The translations under genes were made by a program, and so were the position numbers. A stretch of DNA of 63,861 bases, the filler included, from Platydemus manokwari (lineage: Eukaryota): assembly GCA_037951405.1 (NCBI GenBank). It is 6 parts of 6 records of this genome, joined end to end, with 100 filler letters (N's around TTAATTAATTAA, not from the genome) between each part and the next. Parts side by side here need not be neighbours in the genome. Positions count along the whole stretch, not along the records: positions 43,406 to 55,030 come from JBBMOY010557774.1; positions 55,131 to 63,861 come from JBBMOY011358316.1; 4 more parts are not named here. One strand, 5' to 3'. The notes beneath the pieces were generated by a model. The model did no database searches and was not told the origin of the DNA. It saw only the letters and a program-made list of their open reading frames with translations. Within the stretch, counting starts at the first letter, position 1. Every line of letters starts with the position of its first letter. Below, in pieces: positions 49,635-63,861 of this stretch.

Positions 49635-50298
49635 ACTATTAGTTGATCAAAGCACGAAATATATACGTGGAAACTTGTGTAAACAGGATATCCATGCTCC
49701 CAAAAACTAACTCTCCAATCTGTTTGGGTTAAAGTTAATATCATTATACTTGATGCTATCATTGTCACCCTTAAGACAGCTTACATTTTTAAAATCAATG
49801 ACAGTATATTTGTGTTGAATTTTATTTGCTGCATATATCAGGAAATGGTTTGCAGTACTAATAAAGCTTTGTTTATTTCTCAGTGATTTTATCCTCTACT
49901 TATATTTTTTGAGGCATCAGATAATCGATAGGAAAGTCGACATAATCTGACTTCATAATAAATTAAATCAAATTGCAATCAGATGCAAATAAAATTCTAA
50001 GTTCTCATAAATTAGCCAATAACTGAAATATCAAGCATTAACAGAGCAATGATTATATATAAATTCAAAATAGCAATCAAAATATTCAGTACATATTAAA
50101 TTAAAAAATATATCTAGAAACTAATTTTTTTAGATAATAGTTTTAAGATTATATTTAAAATGGATAACTTAAATTTTAAAATTATTCAAGTTAGTTATTT
50201 TGTGAGCAATTCATAAAATAAGATTAAATATTCAAGCAAATATATTTTATACAGTATTTATATTACAAAAACGTTGCAAACACAGTAAGAGAATCCAT

Positions 50299-50640
50299 TT
50301 AATGATTTAGTTCCTGCTCAAGTTTCTTTACAAGTTCTTCCGCAAATTTTTCTCGATATAATGTACTTTTAGAACTCATTAAGCAATGAATAGTTTCATA
50401 ATACTCTTCTGCTTCACATTTATCATTGAATACATCATCGTACTTGTAAGAGATTACTTTAAATCCTTGTGCATTTATTTGCACACAAAAATTATCATTT
50501 TCTAAAGTTGTAATATTAATATAGGCGACATCATTAGTCATTTTTAATTTTTCACTTAATAAAACAGTTTTGACTCCAAATTTTATTTCGCTTAAAGCAT
50601 TTAAAGCTTCTGAAGAACATAATTTATCATCAAGATCCAT
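50299..50640 (-). CDS. GSKIP: GSK3B-interacting protein
   Basis: 113-aa single-exon ORF with EA...EIKFGV, AYINITTLE...FCVQINAQGFKV and YYETIHCLM..KSTLYREKFAEELVKKLE (GSKIP domain). Confidence 0.92.
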   Translation of the reverse strand: MDLDDKLCSSEALNALSEIKFGVKTVLLSEKLKMTNDVAYINITTLENDNFCVQINAQGFKVISYKYDDVFNDKCEAEEYYETIHCLMSSKSTLYREKFAEELVKKLEQELNH

Positions 50641-52400
50641 TAAATGAAATTATACTAAAATACAAAATTTAGATTAAGATGAGTAAAAAGTGTGATTATT
50701 CAAATATCAATATAAATTAATGTAGCAAACTGATTTAAATAAACAACCTTGCTTTTAAAACATTGCATCAAAACTTAATATATATTTTAAAATTTATTAT
50801 CACAGAAGTTGAACATGTCCATCAAAATGAGTAGTCAAATTCATTAAGGTAGTTATAAGAATTTTGAAATATCGGATTCATATTTCTTTTGTGAATTATC
50901 ACTCCAATTTCTGGGTTTGGATACACATTTTGTATTTCTGTTGTCGCATTCCATCCATAATAATCTAAGGCAGTACATTCTGTGATATTAAATAAGTAAT
51001 AAAAAATTGAATTATATATGAAAAATCAATCTAATAAATAGAATATGAACTATTTGTCTTATATTTATTACAGTAATTGTTATTCATAACATACTGATAT
51101 ATGAGCTTCAATAATTTCAAAATACAGTGAATACCTCTATAATTTGAAAAATGAAAAATTGTAAACATCATACAATTTTGAAATCATTCTTAATCAAAAA
51201 TATTGGTGTGAGCATAAAAGAAAGATAAAGAAATGCAAACTTAACTCCACTATAACAACTGTATTTAGGTTCTAAAATGGTAACATGTCATAATAGTTTC
51301 TGCTTAAATAATCTTCACTTTATAAGTTTTTATATTTGATTAATTTTTGTTCTTTACCTATTTCCTGGAACTTTGATTTGATTTGTGAATTTTTTTATAG
51401 TAATTGATCGATCTGAGTTTATCCTCTAGAGTGTACATGTTACACTGATTTTTTTGTTTTTATCTTTGTTCTGATTAACTATCGATTATGTTTATATGTT
51501 GGTGTCGAAATTCAACAATAGTTGACAAAATCACAATGTATTCTGAAGAGTTATACAATTATTGAACTCAAAGTACTCATTTATCTTTCCGTGTCGTTTA
51601 AAAAGAAAATAATCTCAATGAAAACATTGAAAATTTCATTGACTTATGTTAAACAAATAAAAGTAATCAATAATGACCCCTCGGATATTGGATAAGTTTA
51701 CAACTTGACTAATGATTATTATCAAAAATTATAAAAGTTATGATGATTTAATGATTTAATGATTTTTGACATTTCCAACAATTAGCCCATATATGGATTA
51801 GTTTGGAAATCACTTTTATTCCTTTAACAAAACCTTGAAACTGGTAATTTGAAATTCAGTATTATTTCAGTATATTTCATCAATAGTATGATAATCAGCT
51901 GTAATTAGATTTTGGTTTCAGATCGGCATATATTTCACAAAAATAATGATTTTAATTTTATTTATTTTAATTATTCTTATTATTTATTTTAATTTATTTA
52001 TTCTTATTATTTATTTATTTTATTTTATTGAATATAACCAGACCAATACAGTCAATCGACTTTAAAACCGCGAAAGAAGTTATGTGTGAATACAAAGATG
52101 ATAAAACTAGCTCACATGAAGTATGTGTTTTTAAAATTGAAATATAATGAAAATATATAATTCAACTCATCTAAAATTGTATTCTTATAACAGATTCTTT
52201 TGAAATGATCTAAATGTAGGCCTAGTTTTTTATAAAATAATTTTGGATTTGAATTTGTCATTCAATTGATATTCACCATGAAATAATATTTTTCATGATT
52301 CTAATTTTTATGATTAAAACAACGAAAGGTCTTGATCTTTTTGATTTTAGATTTTAAATTGTTCCTGACATTAATAAAACATCATTCCACAAATAATATC

Positions 52401-53992
52401 TCATATTTTACCAGATTTCCTCAAAGAATTATGATACAAAGGAGCATCGAAATTATTATCCAAAAGAGAATGAGAATGAGTTTTGTCATATCCACCTTCA
52501 ATGGTATCGAATCGAATAATTCCATCCAGAAATCTAATATATCCAATCGCCATTCTCAGCGTGTCCACTTTGGATAGACGTTTCTCATAAGGCATAGTAG
52601 GAATTCGTTTCCTTAATTCTATAATAATTTATAAATAAATTATTTATAAACAAATTATAATGATAAAAAATCATCAAATTATTTTTAAAGCTTCTAAAAA
52701 TTATGATAAATCATATCAGACATCAAATATATAAACAACCATTGTGTAGGCTGTATTATCTTTTTTATAGGAAAATGTTTAAGAATGGCCTACTAATATG
52801 GATCTCATAAACTATTTTTATAAAATAAATTTTATTTTGAGAGTTAATTAACAAGTTTTTGGTTTATGATAATATAATTCAATATAAATCAGTATAAATG
52901 AAAATATAATATAATATAAAATAATATTTTATATTATAAGAATAAAATCTTTTTGTTAATTAAAATAGTATGATCAATTTTTCAAACCAATACATTTATT
53001 ATGACATAAGGAACTGATCAAAATTAGTAAAATGCCTACGGAATTGATGAAATTAAAGGCTTTTAAAATAATCTTAATAATAATAATAATATTAATTATA
53101 ATAATTTAAATTACCTTTCTTTTATTCTATATATTTGTATCTTTAAATTTTTTAAAATTTTAATTAAATATTCTTTGATATTTTAAAAATTTATTTTTAA
53201 CATGCTCCAGACAATTTAAATCAATCTTAAAACCAATATTCTTGCTTGCTTTAATCTAATTTGTGGAAAGGCCAATAAAGTTTTAGAGCTCTAAAGGTTT
53301 TTAATTTCTTATAAAATCACATTTAATAATAATTAATGCCAATACTCAACAATGTCTCTACCAGGATCACGGTGGCTGTGAACTTCAACAAATCCTTCAA
53401 TGTACATCTTATCTGGAACGGAATTAATGAATCGATTTTTTAGAAATGCAATTTTAGACATGGATTTTATTAGAATATAATTTCAAAAATTGAGCGTCAA
53501 ATTCATAACTTAGACATTTTCACTGTTTTTAAAATGATAAATTTATGCAATAAAAGGTTTCCAGTTACATGATCAGATTATAGTTATCGAAGACTGGATG
53601 AGAGATATGCACGTGATACCAGTGCTCATCGAACACAACAAAATTCGGTAATTCGGAAAATATTTTTTCAATGGCTCAATTTTTATAATAATAATTTTTT
53701 ATAATAATAATTTTTATAATAATCAATATTAAATTAATAATATGAGCTAATTTAATCAAACAATTGAAATTTTATTTATTATAAACTCACCTTCAAATGC
53801 ATCATTAATTAATCTCATTCGTTTTCGTTCTCTCATATTTGCTGCTTGTCTCTGGCGGGCTAATTTTTCCGGTGATTTTGACAGATAAAATCTCGAATCA
53901 GGATTCGATTTCAATAATTTTTTCTTCAAAAGATTTTTTTTCGTTTTTAAATCTTTCGAACATTTGGAAGTGTTGTCGGAATTTTTATGCAT
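52401..53992 (-). CDS. PTF1A: PTF1A/Fer1-type bHLH transcription factor (two exons; termini uncertain)
   Basis: Exons 53992-53791 and 52618-52401 (intron GTGAGT..TATAG, phase 1) give [66 protein letters not shown] and AIGYI favour PTF1A over Fer2/Fer3. A possible acceptor at 54039 suggests a further upstream exon. Confidence 0.82.
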
Positions 53993-54949
53993 GTTTTCAA
54001 ATGACAAAAGAAATAAATGTTCACCAAAACAATTCTCACCTGAATAATTATATGAATTTTAGGATATTGTAATTGGATATCAAATATTCATGTAAAATGA
54101 AGTAGCCAATCATAAATTTTGTTTATTGGATTTAGGAAATTATCGCTCCTGTTATCAGAGAAAACAATATTGTGACCAATAAATGATATTCCCGCTAAAA
54201 TACAATACAGGAAAATATATTCAGTAGAAATGTGATTCAGAAAATGAAGCTAAATAAATTATAGGGCAATTTTGTTTGAATCTCGATAAATATTTTAATG
54301 AAAAAATTAAATAAAGATAAATCAATGAAAAGGAAAAAGAAGTCGTTATTATTAGATATAAATTAATTAGAACAATGAACGTCATTTCTTGGCTGTTTTG
54401 CTGATAAATTTTCAAGCATTCTATGAATCATAAAGAATAAGCTAAATCAAAAGTCAAAATTTCATAGGTTTCCTGGGTAAATAAGTCGAATTTTGGAAGC
54501 AGTAATCTGAGTACGAAATGTAATCAATTCACACCTGGTGAGAATTTACACTCGTGCTTCTCTTTATTATCTCTCTCAATTATTAATTGGAAACATTCAT
54601 GGATTTGTTCCACCATTAAAAAATGAATTGATTGTTATTACAGTGATAATGGGCCATATTTTATTTAATTCAAACTAAACCTTTAAAATCACTGTTTAAA
54701 TCTGAACAAAAGCTCCAATGAAATATCGTTCAGAATCATGAATTTATAATTAATTATAACGATATAATATGATGACACATATGAACTTGAAACTCATGAA
54801 AGTCAGAGCGGAAATATATATTTAAATGCAAATTAAAACAATAACAATCCAACAATTTAAATCAATAACAATGTTCTTAGACTGACCGCAGTCACAAGCG
54901 GTCACGAATAAATTTATTAATTATAAAAATTAAATATATATAATATTAT

Positions 54950-54967
54950 ATAACAACAATAATAATG

Positions 54968-55022
<55 letters not shown>
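54950..55022. repeat. (AAT)n microsatellite at contig end
   Basis: AAT run immediately before the spacer. Confidence 0.95.
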
Positions 55023-55023
<1 letters not shown>

Positions 55024-55030
55024 TGTGCAC

Positions 55031-55130
55031 NNNNNNNNNNNNNNNNNNNNNNNNNNNNNNNNNNNNNNNNNNNNTTAATTAATTAANNNNNNNNNNNNNN
55101 NNNNNNNNNNNNNNNNNNNNNNNNNNNNNN
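55031..55130. other. Artificial contig-joining spacer
   Basis: N44-TTAATTAATTAA-N44. Confidence 0.97.
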
Positions 55131-55371
55131 TAATAATTAATTTTACAATACCAGTTATTATTTAATTATATAGATTTAGTAACTCATTTGGTTGATAGAA
55201 TTATGTTCAATGTATTAATAATTTGTTAATATTGTTAATATTTATTATATATTAACTCATAGAACACATATCATTTATAATATTTTACTCCACTGTTTTG
55301 TTTTGTTTTTTAATTCCAATATTTTTTTCTTTGGAATTAATTTTTCTATATTAAAAATTATCATTTAATAA

Positions 55372-63796
<8,425 letters not shown>

Positions 63797-63861
63797 GTTA
63801 GAAATGTGATTTGAATGTTATTTTAAAATTGCAGTATTAATAATTAGAATTTTAATCAGAT

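Noticed and set aside
17123-53992. A functional gene cluster (peptide, KCNQ, EF-hand, GSKIP, PTF1A)
   Set aside because: The genes lie on different artificially joined contigs. Only the orphan/peptide pair and the GSKIP/PTF1A pair are truly adjacent.

Overview
This is very AT-rich eukaryotic (animal) genomic DNA with many 45-60 nt GT-AG introns and (AAT)n microsatellites. That make-up is consistent with a triclad flatworm (planarian), but the taxon is an inference. The window is not one continuous locus. Five identical 100-nt spacers (N44-TTAATTAATTAA-N44, with stops in all six frames) join six ~9-12 kb contigs, and genes are cut at the joins. Manual splicing gives: the first coding exon of an unidentified Q/N/M/P-rich protein; the 3' end of VPS35L; an intronless 365-aa orphan with a BED/C2H2-like finger; a 75-aa secreted peptide with four CxxxC motifs; a complete 14-exon KCNQ1-type K+ channel (529 aa); a partial C1orf87-like EF-hand gene; GSKIP; a PTF1A/Fer1-type bHLH gene; and an 11-exon partial SANBR/KIAA1841. 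Repeats include a decayed Buster/Charlie-type hAT transposon with a nested mini-insertion, a solo LTR with a 4-bp TSD plus a second copy, a probable tRNA-derived SINE, two further interspersed families, and a diverged pair of coding remnants of unknown family. The best novelty candidates are the Cys-rich secreted peptide and the adjacent 365-aa orphan.
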